A DNA stretch of 39,616 bases from a virus. The stretch's first letter is position 1; each line of letters begins with the position of its first letter. The DNA lies in the IMG/VR virus record IMGVR_UViG_3300045988_080187, positions 1 through 39,616 of that record. One strand, 5' to 3'. The position numbers were made by a program, and so were the translations under genes. The notes beneath the pieces are model-generated. The model did no database searches. It saw nothing but the letters and a program-made list of their open reading frames with translations, and was not told where the DNA came from. Below are positions 24,681 to 33,852 of the stretch, piece by piece.

Positions 24681-25383
24681 ATAATTCGTACCATCTTGGT
24701 TTTACTGTAACTTTTGTGATTCCTGTACCCAATGTGATTGTGTTGTTTCCACTTGTTAAGCCGCCCCATTGGTTTACTTTGATATTGCTGTTTCTGTTAG
24801 CTGTTCCTTCATATGCCTGCTTCGAATCGGTATCTATCTCAATGTAGTCTGTTCCTGCTGTATTTATTACAAATACATTAGTTCCTACTGTCACAGTTCC
24901 TTTTCCATAAACTCTTATTAGTGGTTTGGATGGAAATACAGTCGGATTCAGAATACTTCCGTTTTCAGTTAATACTGTTTCTTGTTCACCAGATTTCAAA
25001 TACCATTGTGGCTTGCAGTCAAATTCAAGTTCAAATGTGCCAATTCCACGTGCAAGTTTTATCTTTCCTTCGATTCCACTTTTCAGTCTTCCTAAGCGAT
25101 ACATATCTTGTTTGAAATCATCTTCAATTCTCACATATCCATCTTGAGATAGAATTGCACTTCTAAACGGAACAAATTTATCTTCAAATTCATGTGCAAT
25201 AAATGCTTGATACGTTATATCAACATTTTTATACCTGCCATTATTGATATGCAAATCACCATTTCTACCTGCTATTTCATAGCTTGTATAGTCTGGCTCT
25301 GGAGAAGCATAGATTCCTGCATCAGAAACAAATACACCATAGTCTTTACAATTGATATTCCCAACAACTAAATTTCCAATCAT
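24679..25383 (-). CDS. Distal tail protein (Dit).
   Basis: Its position immediately after the tape measure gene, its 234-aa size, and the typical Dit N-terminus MIGNLVVGN... Confidence 0.7.
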   Translation of the reverse strand: MIGNLVVGNINCKDYGVFVSDAGIYASPEPDYTSYEIAGRNGDLHINNGRYKNVDITYQAFIAHEFEDKFVPFRSAILSQDGYVRIEDDFKQDMYRLGRLKSGIEGKIKLARGIGTFELEFDCKPQWYLKSGEQETVLTENGSILNPTVFPSKPLIRVYGKGTVTVGTNVFVINTAGTDYIEIDTDSKQAYEGTANRNSNIKVNQWGGLTSGNNTITLGTGITKVTVKPRWYEL

Positions 25384-27656
25384 GCGAATACTTCCTCTTC
25401 TTTCTTTCTGGCTTTTTCGAGCTTAATCATCAATTCTTCTACAAGCTCATCAATATCCATTCCTTCAGAAGCATAGACATTGATTACAATTCCACCACTA
25501 GTCTTGTATTTGCTTGAACCTTCTGACTTATTAGAATCTGTAACGGATTCACCAATTGCTTTCACAGAAGCCTTGACTGACATTGAATCTGCTTCTTTCA
25601 TGACTTCTTTACCCATGTCAGCCATTGAAGAAATTACTTCTGAAGCATTATCATCAATACCTTTTGACATACCATACATGAGCATCTTACCTACCCATGC
25701 AGTCTTCTTTGATGGAGAATGGATTCCAAAGAATCCCTTGATTGACTTCAATACTTTGTTAGTGAACCCACCAATAAGATTGATAATCCAACCTGTCATA
25801 TTGCTGATTCCATTCCAGATTCCTCTAACAAGATTTGAACCCAAATCAGCCCAATTGATATTCTTGAAAGAATTAAATGCTGACTTACCGATATTCCCAA
25901 CTGCTGTCCAGACTAAATTACCAATAGACCTTACTGCTGTTGCAATCAGCTTGATTGCGTTGTGACCTGCTCCAGACCAATCAATGTTTGAAAAGAAATT
26001 CTTAGCATTTTGACCGATTGTCTTAACTGCATTTGGGATTTGTGATGATAGATTTTTAATTCCATCAGTTACCCATTTAATCAAGTTCTTACCTAAATCA
26101 ATCCAATTTAAAGCACTCCAAACAGCTATTACTGCTTCAAAAATCTTCGGAATATTAGCAAGCAAATCTGGAATTGCATTGATAATTCCTTGGCCTAAAG
26201 TAATAAGCATTTGCACACCTGCTACTAGTAACTTAGGCAAGTTGTCGTTAATCAAGCCACAGAATTCAATAATGATTTGTGGTACATAAGCTATCAGCTG
26301 TGGAAGCCCATTTGCAATTCCTTGTACTAGATTCTGCAGAAATTCAATTCCTGCATCGACAATTGTTCCAAAGTTAGCTCTCAATGATTCGGCAAACTGC
26401 AAAATCATAGGTAAGGCTTGTTCCAATAAATTAGGTATACCTTCGATCAATCCTTGAGAAAGACCTACAATCCACTGTGTACCACATTGAATTAACTGAG
26501 CTAATCCATCTCCTGTAAACCACTCAAATACTTTTGTTCCAAGTTCTTGGAAAACAGTTACAACTGATGACAGTGCTTCTGACATTGATGTATATATTCC
26601 ACTCCAATCAACTTGTGTCATTAGAGTTGAAATAATCGTAGGTATAGTTTCAACTATAGATGATAACAATGCAGGTAAAGCACTCACGATTCCACTGACT
26701 AGTGCTGCAGCACTTGTTAAAAGGCTTGGAAGAAGCGTAGATATCATAGTAGGTAATTCTTTATTGATAATAGGGATAACTGCACCAATAGCTTGCACAA
26801 TGCCTTGAAATGCTTTCTCTACAACAGGTAATACATTATTAAATGCAACAGTAGCAGATGATACAAACGTATCTACTGCTTCACCAACATTATCTAAGTA
26901 TCCTTCTACTTCTGTATTTCCAAAAGCAACTAGCAAATTTTCCCATGCCATCTTAGTCATGTTCAATGAGCCTTGAATTGTTGTTTGTGCTTCTTTTGCT
27001 GTAGTACCTGCTATGCCTTGCTTTTCCTGCACTAATTCGATTGCTGTAACAATATCTGAAAATGAATCAATGCTCATATCAGATGCTTTGCCTATAGTCT
27101 TCGCATACTCGTTTGCATCATCAATCAGCCTTTCCATTTCTTCTTTCGTTCCACCATACCCTAGTTTCAAGTTGTCTAGCATTGTATAGTTCTGCTTGGA
27201 AAAACCTTTATATGCATCTGTAATTGATTCTAAATCACCACCAAATGTATTCCAGTTATCAGAAATTGCTCTCATTGCAACTTCTGTTTGTTTAGATGCT
27301 TCTTCTGAATTTCCTTTTAAAGAGCTTATCAACGATGCAGAAAACTGAGTTGCTGTTTCCATATACTTATTTGCAGACATTCCAGATGTCTTATAAGCAT
27401 TGACTGCATTCTTCATTACTGAATCATATGCATCACTATATAGCTTTTTAATTCCACCAGCATTTTGCTGAAAGCCAGAAAAAGAATCAACTGTTTTTTT
27501 TGTTAATAAGCCAATAGCTGTTGCTCCTGCACCAACTGCAACACTAATTCCTTTTGCTACTGACTTAGCTGTATTTGAAACCTTTTCTAATCCTTTATCA
27601 AAGTCAGAAGAATCCATGCTTAATTTGGCGAACATTTCAAATACGTCTACTGACAT
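25380..27656 (-). CDS. Tape measure protein.
   Basis: 758 aa, alpha-helical and Gly/Ala-rich with hydrophobic repeats (IGLLTKK, AIPDLLANIPK...), between the chaperones/lysis cassette and the distal tail protein. Confidence 0.9.
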   Translation of the reverse strand: MSVDVFEMFAKLSMDSSDFDKGLEKVSNTAKSVAKGISVAVGAGATAIGLLTKKTVDSFSGFQQNAGGIKKLYSDAYDSVMKNAVNAYKTSGMSANKYMETATQFSASLISSLKGNSEEASKQTEVAMRAISDNWNTFGGDLESITDAYKGFSKQNYTMLDNLKLGYGGTKEEMERLIDDANEYAKTIGKASDMSIDSFSDIVTAIELVQEKQGIAGTTAKEAQTTIQGSLNMTKMAWENLLVAFGNTEVEGYLDNVGEAVDTFVSSATVAFNNVLPVVEKAFQGIVQAIGAVIPIINKELPTMISTLLPSLLTSAAALVSGIVSALPALLSSIVETIPTIISTLMTQVDWSGIYTSMSEALSSVVTVFQELGTKVFEWFTGDGLAQLIQCGTQWIVGLSQGLIEGIPNLLEQALPMILQFAESLRANFGTIVDAGIEFLQNLVQGIANGLPQLIAYVPQIIIEFCGLINDNLPKLLVAGVQMLITLGQGIINAIPDLLANIPKIFEAVIAVWSALNWIDLGKNLIKWVTDGIKNLSSQIPNAVKTIGQNAKNFFSNIDWSGAGHNAIKLIATAVRSIGNLVWTAVGNIGKSAFNSFKNINWADLGSNLVRGIWNGISNMTGWIINLIGGFTNKVLKSIKGFFGIHSPSKKTAWVGKMLMYGMSKGIDDNASEVISSMADMGKEVMKEADSMSVKASVKAIGESVTDSNKSEGSSKYKTSGGIVINVYASEGMDIDELVEELMIKLEKARKKEEEVFA

Positions 27657-27670
27657 GTTTTTCTTCTCCC

Positions 27671-27703
27671 ATAAAAATAAAAGGTTAGCACCCCATACTA
27701 ACC
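27671..27703 (-). terminator. Intrinsic terminator on the minus strand (GGTTAG-N9-CTAACC plus a U-run) 15 nt upstream of the tape measure start, downstream of the lysis cassette.
   Basis: Read from the sequence. Confidence 0.6.
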
Positions 27704-27782
27704 TATGCGTGTGCGTCCTTTCTGCTTTACCTATCTTTCGATAGTGTCACGCCCCTAGAGTTGCGACCTCTCCCTGTATACG

Positions 27783-28154
27783 CTATATTTTGTGATTGAG
27801 ATATTCATCAATCTCTTTGCTTACTAGCTGAATATCATCGGTGTTTTCTCCACCTAGCTGATTTTTAAGAGTGGCTTGTGTTCCCTTCATAAGCAATCGT
27901 AAAATCACATGGTTATCCTGTTGTTCCTTAGTCATCGTCAGAACTGTTGATTCAAGAGCTTTCAACCTTTTGTTGTCAGAATCTAACAGCTCTTTGTTAT
28001 GTGCTACATCTCTTTCGAGTTTTGCAACAGAAGTCTTTGAACGACACCATGTAATGAATTTAGCGACTGCTGTTACAGCCCCTGCAACACTTGCTCCATA
28101 GACGATCCATTGAGCAATCAAAGCCCACACTTCCATTGGTATCTGTGCAGGCAT
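27783..28154 (-). CDS. Holin-like / lysis accessory membrane protein, 123 aa, with an N-terminal transmembrane segment and a C-terminal coiled coil (XhlA-like role).
   Basis: The transmembrane segment EVWALIAQWIVYGASVAGAVTAVAKFI; located beside the holin and lysin. Confidence 0.5.
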   Translation of the reverse strand: MPAQIPMEVWALIAQWIVYGASVAGAVTAVAKFITWCRSKTSVAKLERDVAHNKELLDSDNKRLKALESTVLTMTKEQQDNHVILRLLMKGTQATLKNQLGGENTDDIQLVSKEIDEYLNHKI

Positions 28155-28157
28155 TTA

Positions 28158-28421
28158 TTACCCCTCAGCTTCGTCTACTGTCTTTTCTGTTTCTTCTTCA
28201 ATATATTCTGTTTCAGAATCCATTTCTTGCTTAAGATTCAATGCAGATACACCAATCAGAACACCTACAAGTGTTCCTAATGCCTGTAATGTCTTTGCAA
28301 CTTCGGCTGTATATGGAAGGTTCCAAATAGCACCAATAGTTGAGTAAAATGTTCCAATTGCAGGTAATGCAATTAAAGCTACCCATTTCAATACTTTGTA
28401 TACTCTGTCATTTAATACCAT
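28158..28421 (-). CDS. Holin of the SPP1/BhlA type, about 87 aa; start at MVLNDRVYK after GAGGAGAAAAATA.
   Basis: Two transmembrane helices (WVALIALPAIGTFYSTIGAIW and LGTLVGVLIGVSALN) and an acidic C-terminal tail. A strong RBS precedes the internal ATG. Confidence 0.65.
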   Translation of the reverse strand: MVLNDRVYKVLKWVALIALPAIGTFYSTIGAIWNLPYTAEVAKTLQALGTLVGVLIGVSALNLKQEMDSETEYIEEETEKTVDEAEG

Positions 28422-28432
28422 TATTTTTCTCC

Positions 28433-29269
28433 TCAAGGATTTGCATTTGTTAGATATGGTGATGTACCACTGTTTACCTTCGCACCACTTGATACATATC
28501 CTTCTTTCTTTCCGTCTGTCACTCTGTACCAAACTGTATTTCCGTTATATGCATAATAGCCATAGTAAGTAACGGTAGTTCCCTTTGCTAAGGTCTTTAC
28601 GATAGATGCTTTAGTGGAAGCATCAGTTCGCATATTAAGTGCAACCTTAGTAACCATCTTCTTTCCTTTGCCATAGCCTTTTACAAATCCATGCTTGATT
28701 GTTCCACCACTAGATGGATTTGATACAGTGTATGGAACTGTTTTAGTTGTCTTCCATGACAGCCCACCACCGTTTCTGATATATGAATAGCCATCTAATA
28801 AGAACAGCATTTGGTTAGCTCTAAGCATGTTTGCTAGGATATAGCCACCTTTACTATTTCTGTATTTCTGTCTGACATGACCTGCACAGATTTCCAAGTG
28901 AATGTGGTTCCCTGTAGCGTATCCAGAAGTACCTTCTTGATACATGATTTCGTTATACCCATAGAATTTACCAACTATAAATGACCGTTTACTATGAGTT
29001 AATGCAAGAGTGATGTATCTTAATGCACCATCTGCACATAAGACCTTCTTTGGTTTTCCATCTTTTCCGTAGCTCCAGAAGAAGCGAGTATTTCCTGTGT
29101 TTGCATTTCCCCATGCACCTGCACAGTACCATCTTGTGTTAGGCATCTTGTTTCTCCAGACATCTACACCTGTATCCATACCTGCAAGATCTACTTCAAA
29201 ACTAGTATGGGAATAGTGATTTTTTCCATCATATCCAGAGCCAACTTGAGACACATTCAGACACTTCAT
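28433..29269 (-). CDS. Endolysin: an M23-like peptidase catalytic domain plus a C-terminal SH3b cell-wall-binding domain.
   Basis: GTSGYATGNHIHLEI resembles the M23 HxH motif (stG.HLHFE). The C-terminus VALNMRTDASTKASIVKTLAKGTTVTYYGYYAYNGNTVWYRVTDGKKEGYVSS is SH3b-like. Confidence 0.65.
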   Translation of the reverse strand: MKCLNVSQVGSGYDGKNHYSHTSFEVDLAGMDTGVDVWRNKMPNTRWYCAGAWGNANTGNTRFFWSYGKDGKPKKVLCADGALRYITLALTHSKRSFIVGKFYGYNEIMYQEGTSGYATGNHIHLEICAGHVRQKYRNSKGGYILANMLRANQMLFLLDGYSYIRNGGGLSWKTTKTVPYTVSNPSSGGTIKHGFVKGYGKGKKMVTKVALNMRTDASTKASIVKTLAKGTTVTYYGYYAYNGNTVWYRVTDGKKEGYVSSGAKVNSGTSPYLTNANP

Positions 29270-29285
29270 TCCGAATATTAATCTG

Positions 29286-29513
29286 TCATAAGTTTCTATC
29301 TTGTTCTCCCTTTACAACCTTTAATCCTGCTTTATTTAGAACATCAGAAATGATTTCATTCGCGTTTCTAGTTTCAACTTTTTTGTTTATCAAATCATAA
29401 TATCGTGTGTTTAATCTCTTATTATCACTTTGATAAAACATAGAATCTGTCACATAAATGCGATATGTTTCATCTTTCTGCTGCTGTTTAAACCGTGCAA
29501 TCAAATAGCACAT
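29286..29513 (-). CDS. Tail assembly chaperone distal part (gpT-like); possibly expressed by a -1 frameshift from 29522..29875.
   Basis: It lies in the -1 frame relative to the upstream ORF with an 11-nt offset; the G/GT position follows the major tail protein. Confidence 0.4.
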   Translation of the reverse strand: MCYLIARFKQQQKDETYRIYVTDSMFYQSDNKRLNTRYYDLINKKVETRNANEIISDVLNKAGLKVVKGEQDRNL

Positions 29514-29521
29514 GAAAGGTT

Positions 29522-29875
29522 TTACTTTGCTTCTGTTTCCTCTGTATTCTCCGTAGCAGAGCCAGAAGCATTCTGTTCCCCACTCTGTACGGAAGATTTG
29601 AAAAGTGACTGTACTGTTTCATCAGAGAATAAGTTGAATAAGTCAAATGCTAATGTTGCTAGATTGCAGTGATATTCTCCATCGGAAAATGCTGTCAAAA
29701 TCTGCATTGCTTCTTTTTTATGATTCTTAATCATATATGAAACAATTGTTGCAATTGGCTTATCCCTATATTTTTTAATTGCTTCATCAGCACAAATAGT
29801 AGAAATAGGTTCAACTACTTCTGCTAACACATCTAAAGCATCTTCATCTTTGATATCTTTAAATGCTCTAATCAT
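29522..29875 (-). CDS. Tail assembly chaperone (gpG-like), 117 aa, acidic.
   Basis: Its position immediately after the major tail protein, and its acidic character. Confidence 0.6.
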   Translation of the reverse strand: MIRAFKDIKDEDALDVLAEVVEPISTICADEAIKKYRDKPIATIVSYMIKNHKKEAMQILTAFSDGEYHCNLATLAFDLFNLFSDETVQSLFKSSVQSGEQNASGSATENTEETEAK

Positions 29876-30480
29876 GCTGTTACCGCCTTAGTCTTACCAG
29901 ATGATGATTGAGGGAATGTTGTACCATCTTGCTTGATATAGATTTCAAATGGAACTTTATCTTGATTCTTAAGTGAATAGTGTGCCATATATTCAAAAGC
30001 AAATTGCCCTTTATTTCTATCGCTTGTCTGGATTTGGAAGCCACCTGTAGATAATGCATTCATTAAATGACATGCAATTACTCCACCTTCTCCATAATCT
30101 GCTACAAGCCAAAAATCATTAAAATCTGTGTCTTTTACTTCGTCTCTAAGTGTGATATGACCTGCATCGTTAGAATCTGAATCAGCTAATGCTGCAAGAC
30201 TTTTTGCTGTTTTATCCGTAACAGAAATAAAAGTCCCACTTGCTTTGATTTCCCATGAATCAAGTTTCTTTAGCTCCTTCGTGTTTTTCGGGCAGTTATC
30301 AATATCTTCACCAAAATCCGTAAATGTTGGTGTTGCTGTAATGTTTGTACCACCAGAAGTTGCCCCCATAATATCAGCATCTTGAATAGTTGCTGTTGCT
30401 GGGTCAAATTTACTGAGTACTACGCCTGCATTTAATTGGATATTTTTAAACGCGTCTGTTGCTACTTTTGCAAAAGTCAT
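29872..30480 (-). CDS. Major tail protein.
   Basis: 202 aa, positioned between the connectors and the chaperones. Sequence recall is weak, so the call rests on position, not a confirmed match. Confidence 0.7.
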   Translation of the reverse strand: MTFAKVATDAFKNIQLNAGVVLSKFDPATATIQDADIMGATSGGTNITATPTFTDFGEDIDNCPKNTKELKKLDSWEIKASGTFISVTDKTAKSLAALADSDSNDAGHITLRDEVKDTDFNDFWLVADYGEGGVIACHLMNALSTGGFQIQTSDRNKGQFAFEYMAHYSLKNQDKVPFEIYIKQDGTTFPQSSSGKTKAVTA

Positions 30481-30489
30481 TTATTCTCC

Positions 30490-30858
30490 TTAATTTGTAA
30501 AATAATCAACCAACAGGTTGATGTATCTGCTTCTAATCGTGTCATCTTCTTCATCGCTTACTGCTTGACAATAAGGTGCCCCAGGATTTACCCAAAGCAT
30601 TCCGTCATCGCAAATAACTTGATTGTTCTCTTTTAACTTGTCTGTTAACTTTTGAACCATTGCATTTATTTCTTTTTCAGATGTTGTACGGTAATACAAT
30701 CTAACAGTATTTGATACTCGGTCAGGCCAACTACCTATTACATTTTGATATGTTCCATACGGATACGAAATTTCTTTCATGTCTGGAACATTCGTATCAA
30801 CATAGAAGGGAATCCCTAAATCATTGAACCATTTGTATATAGCTTGGTATTTATTCAT
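30490..30858 (-). CDS. Tail completion / neck protein, 122 aa.
   Basis: Called on position. Confidence 0.5.
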   Translation of the reverse strand: MNKYQAIYKWFNDLGIPFYVDTNVPDMKEISYPYGTYQNVIGSWPDRVSNTVRLYYRTTSEKEINAMVQKLTDKLKENNQVICDDGMLWVNPGAPYCQAVSDEEDDTIRSRYINLLVDYFTN

Positions 30859-31204
30859 TAGGCAACTCCCATCTTTCTGCTGATACTACACTCATATCAA
30901 TCGTTGAGAATGAAGGCGATGCTTTTTCTTCTGCATTGGATGTCACTCTAAAGATTACTCCATCTTCAATACGCTTGATCACGTCGTGATAATCTAATTT
31001 CACCTGTCTACTTGTCGTTATCCTAAATGTAGATGTAACTCCATCATGTTCTGCAATCTTAGCCTGCATACTATTGTTCTGCGTAATTGCACACATGATA
31101 TGAGCACCTTCTTTCCACGTTGTTATGGTTCCACCTTCGCCATCAGATAAACGTTGTTTTTCTAGAATCACACATTCTTGCATCATTCTTTCATATAGCA
31201 TCAT
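30851..31204 (-). CDS. Head-tail joining (head closure) protein, 117 aa.
   Basis: Called on position and size (phage_H_T_join-like). Confidence 0.5.
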   Translation of the reverse strand: MMLYERMMQECVILEKQRLSDGEGGTITTWKEGAHIMCAITQNNSMQAKIAEHDGVTSTFRITTSRQVKLDYHDVIKRIEDGVIFRVTSNAEEKASPSFSTIDMSVVSAERWELPNE

Positions 31205-31617
31205 TACAATCTCCTATAGCAATTCAATCTGTTTCTGAACGCATCGTACCATGTCACTGCTTCTCCTTTGCTGTTTGTGGCTTTTGTATAGCTATAATCT
31301 GCAAAGTTTTCGCTAGTGAATGGTGTTAATTGTTGCTCTGAATACTTGCTTTGATATGCTTGTATTTCATCTACTAGAGCTAAGAAATCTTTAGGAACTG
31401 CCATTGTGCTGATAATTCCATTAAACGATTCATCTGACAGTGTTAGTTCATCTGTGTACTTGTACACACCATCGTTGAATACACTTCCGTACACTCTGAA
31501 ATATTGATTTTTCTGAACGAAAGGGAGAGCAATTCTGCCTTCCTCAATCGTCCACGTTCCTTTAAAGCTATCTACAATAAAGAAATTGTTTATTCGCTTC
31601 ATGATTTCGTAGAGCAT
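31204..31617 (-). CDS. Head-tail connector / adaptor protein, 137 aa.
   Basis: Its position immediately after the capsid gene. Confidence 0.5.
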   Translation of the reverse strand: MLYEIMKRINNFFIVDSFKGTWTIEEGRIALPFVQKNQYFRVYGSVFNDGVYKYTDELTLSDESFNGIISTMAVPKDFLALVDEIQAYQSKYSEQQLTPFTSENFADYSYTKATNSKGEAVTWYDAFRNRLNCYRRL

Positions 31618-31636
31618 ATTGTTCTCCCATTAACGA

Positions 31637-32602
31637 TTACGCTTTAACCTTTAATACGACAACTTTTTCTTCGTTTGTAAGAGCAGTAACACCATGAGCT
31701 GTGCAAACGATGTCATCTGATACGCCAACATGTCTATCATGTTCAACAAGTTCACCTCTCTTGATGAAATATGTAATTGCAGGTGTATCTTCTTCTGATT
31801 CTGCATCATTTGTAAGCTTGATAATTGGATTGAAGTATGCAGGTGTTGTTACCTTTGTTACCTTGTTTCCAACTTCTGCGTAAGGAAGTGTTTTCTTAAT
31901 TTCTGCGATGTTTGATTCAGAAACTGTTACAGTTCCTTCCTTGTCAATCTTGTACCACTCAGCAAACTTCTTAACCTTCTTTGATACCTGTACATCACAT
32001 CCTGCGATACGACCAATTGCACCATTTTTCAGTACGCCTGCTTCATATTTGTCTGCTGATGTAAAATCTGCATCTTTTCTGAGTGTTGTCTTCTGTTCTG
32101 GTGAAATTAGAAGAACCTTACGTGAATCTTCCTCTTCATTGAACATGTCTACAGCATCAACAATTGATGTGTATTTGATTACAGCTGATGTTGCATCACT
32201 AATATTCTTTGATTCGTATAAAGCAGCAACCCTGTCGTTGTCGAGTTTTGCTGAAATTGATTTAGAAATCTGTGATGTTGCTTCTCCAATTGGGTTGCCA
32301 TGACCACTCAACTGTGCTTCATCTGTTAACGAAACGCCCTTACCAATCTTCTTGATTTTGTGCTGTGATGTTGTATAAGACATCTTGGATGTGTCAATTG
32401 CAACACCTTCCTCAAGGTCTTCAGCGTCTCCAATGTAACCCCACTTTGGAATAGTTACAGTTGAGCCTGCTGTTCCTTCTAATGTTGTATCAACCTTTGT
32501 ATAGCCACTCATTACTGCCTTAGCCTTAACTTTGGCAACAATCATGTCAGTCACTACCTGTGGGTCAAATACATCGCCATTTTTCAATGTTGTCTGTGCC
32601 AT
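31637..32602 (-). CDS. Major capsid protein (HK97 fold).
   Basis: 321 aa, immediately after the scaffold gene; T/S/G-rich, as capsid proteins of this class typically are. Confidence 0.8.
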   Translation of the reverse strand: MAQTTLKNGDVFDPQVVTDMIVAKVKAKAVMSGYTKVDTTLEGTAGSTVTIPKWGYIGDAEDLEEGVAIDTSKMSYTTSQHKIKKIGKGVSLTDEAQLSGHGNPIGEATSQISKSISAKLDNDRVAALYESKNISDATSAVIKYTSIVDAVDMFNEEEDSRKVLLISPEQKTTLRKDADFTSADKYEAGVLKNGAIGRIAGCDVQVSKKVKKFAEWYKIDKEGTVTVSESNIAEIKKTLPYAEVGNKVTKVTTPAYFNPIIKLTNDAESEEDTPAITYFIKRGELVEHDRHVGVSDDIVCTAHGVTALTNEEKVVVLKVKA

Positions 32603-32613
32603 TTGTTTGTCTC

Positions 32614-33195
32614 CTATTTTGTCAATGTCGCATATAAGTCTGGATCTTCTGTATGTAATTTCACTCTTTCTCTATATCCCATCTTTGCGAACTCTTCTTT
32701 TGTTACAGTTGCACCTGTATTCTTAGGTGGATTATCAACAACGGCACCTTTTGTACCTTCTTTTGTGATAAATTCCGACCATTTTTCTTTTGCCCCATCT
32801 TCAAGGCTTTTTGAATCTTTAAACTTCCCATCATCTGCAAGTTCGTATTTATCTAGATTTGTGAGCTCTACAATCTGAGTAATAGTCTTTTCTTTAATAC
32901 CTGCTTCTCTGAGTAAGTTTGCATAGGCTTTCTTCTTTTTGCCTAATTCCACACTTTTTACCTGCTGTTCTTTGTAGGCTTCAAAGTCTGAATGTTCTTT
33001 TTCATACTTTTCTTTGTATGAATCATTGTTTTCTGCACCGTTCTTTACAGATTGTTCAGCTTCGTCAAGCTGTGTTTGAAGATTCTTATTTGTTTCTTTC
33101 AAACCATTTACTGTTTCTGTGTGTGCTTCGATAATTGCACTTACTTGTTCTTCAGTAAGCCCCATACCTTTTAAAAATGCTCTGGATAATGCCAT
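32614..33195 (-). CDS. Scaffolding protein.
   Basis: 193 aa, coiled-coil and K/E-rich, directly upstream of the capsid gene. Confidence 0.75.
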   Translation of the reverse strand: MALSRAFLKGMGLTEEQVSAIIEAHTETVNGLKETNKNLQTQLDEAEQSVKNGAENNDSYKEKYEKEHSDFEAYKEQQVKSVELGKKKKAYANLLREAGIKEKTITQIVELTNLDKYELADDGKFKDSKSLEDGAKEKWSEFITKEGTKGAVVDNPPKNTGATVTKEEFAKMGYRERVKLHTEDPDLYATLTK

Positions 33196-33265
33196 TTATA
33201 CGTGTCTCCTTTTCTTCGGTGGCGATTCTTTGCCATTCAACACTTGTATTTTTGCTTGAAAATCA

Positions 33266-33318
33266 CTCACCGTTCCGCAAACATAAAAAAAAGTGAGAAT
33301 TCCTCTCACTTGATTTTT
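33266..33318 (-). promoter_or_regulatory. Late-gene control element: an intrinsic terminator (GTGAGA-N5-TCTCAC, flanked by A and T runs) followed in the transcript by TTTGCGGAACGGTGAG, about 75 nt upstream of the scaffold start.
   Basis: Second copy of the conserved motif. Confidence 0.55.
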
Positions 33319-33647
33319 TCTTTCAGTACGGTCTGAAATATTGCTTTGTATTCTTCAGCATGTTCACTCGCAGATGGCTTAAGAAATGGCTGTGCTTTTT
33401 GCCTAGATGTGCCGAATTCTACATATGGTGCATATTCAACATTCGTTCCAATGTATTCATCTCCATCAGCATATTGATGCCCAATACTATTTCTTAGGTT
33501 TCCTGTATCAACAGGACAAGCTATTTTTGCATAGCCTTCAGCTTGCATTCCTATTGCTTCCATTGCCCTTTCAACAGCATTGTTCTTCTGATTGATGATA
33601 TCCTTTCGCCTGTCATTCTTAAATTCTATTTCACAGTATTTAGACAT
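33306..33647 (-). CDS. HK97 gp10-like protein, about 113 aa; the start was moved to MSKYCEIEF (track ORF 33306..33725).
   Basis: The motif PVDTGNLRNSIG is the HK97-gp10 family signature. Confidence 0.6.
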   Translation of the reverse strand: MSKYCEIEFKNDRRKDIINQKNNAVERAMEAIGMQAEGYAKIACPVDTGNLRNSIGHQYADGDEYIGTNVEYAPYVEFGTSRQKAQPFLKPSASEHAEEYKAIFQTVLKEKIK

Positions 33648-33648
33648 G

Positions 33649-33852
33649 TTATTTTTCACCTTTCTTTTGGCCGAAATCTCTGTAAATATATTTTTCAAGG
33701 TCATTAATAGCTTTTTTATTTTCATTGAATGCTTTTTTTACGTCATTCGGTGCATCTTCTCGGATCTTTAATTCAAGAGTTTCTTTGTCTATGACATACC
33801 ACTTCCTATCAATATCTTTTAATTCAATCATAGTTTTCTCCTTCTCAACCAT
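33649..33852 (-). CDS. Small hypothetical protein, 67 aa.
   Basis: ORF track. Confidence 0.4.
   Translation of the reverse strand: MVEKEKTMIELKDIDRKWYVIDKETLELKIREDAPNDVKKAFNENKKAINDLEKYIYRDFGQKKGEK

Noticed and set aside
28433-29269. Reading the 278-aa M23/SH3b protein as a tail-tip virion lysin rather than an endolysin.
   Set aside because: This was not fully rejected. The adjacent SPP1-type holin and second membrane protein favour a lysis cassette. The tail-associated lysin at 21517-24600 already supplies a virion-associated lysin role.
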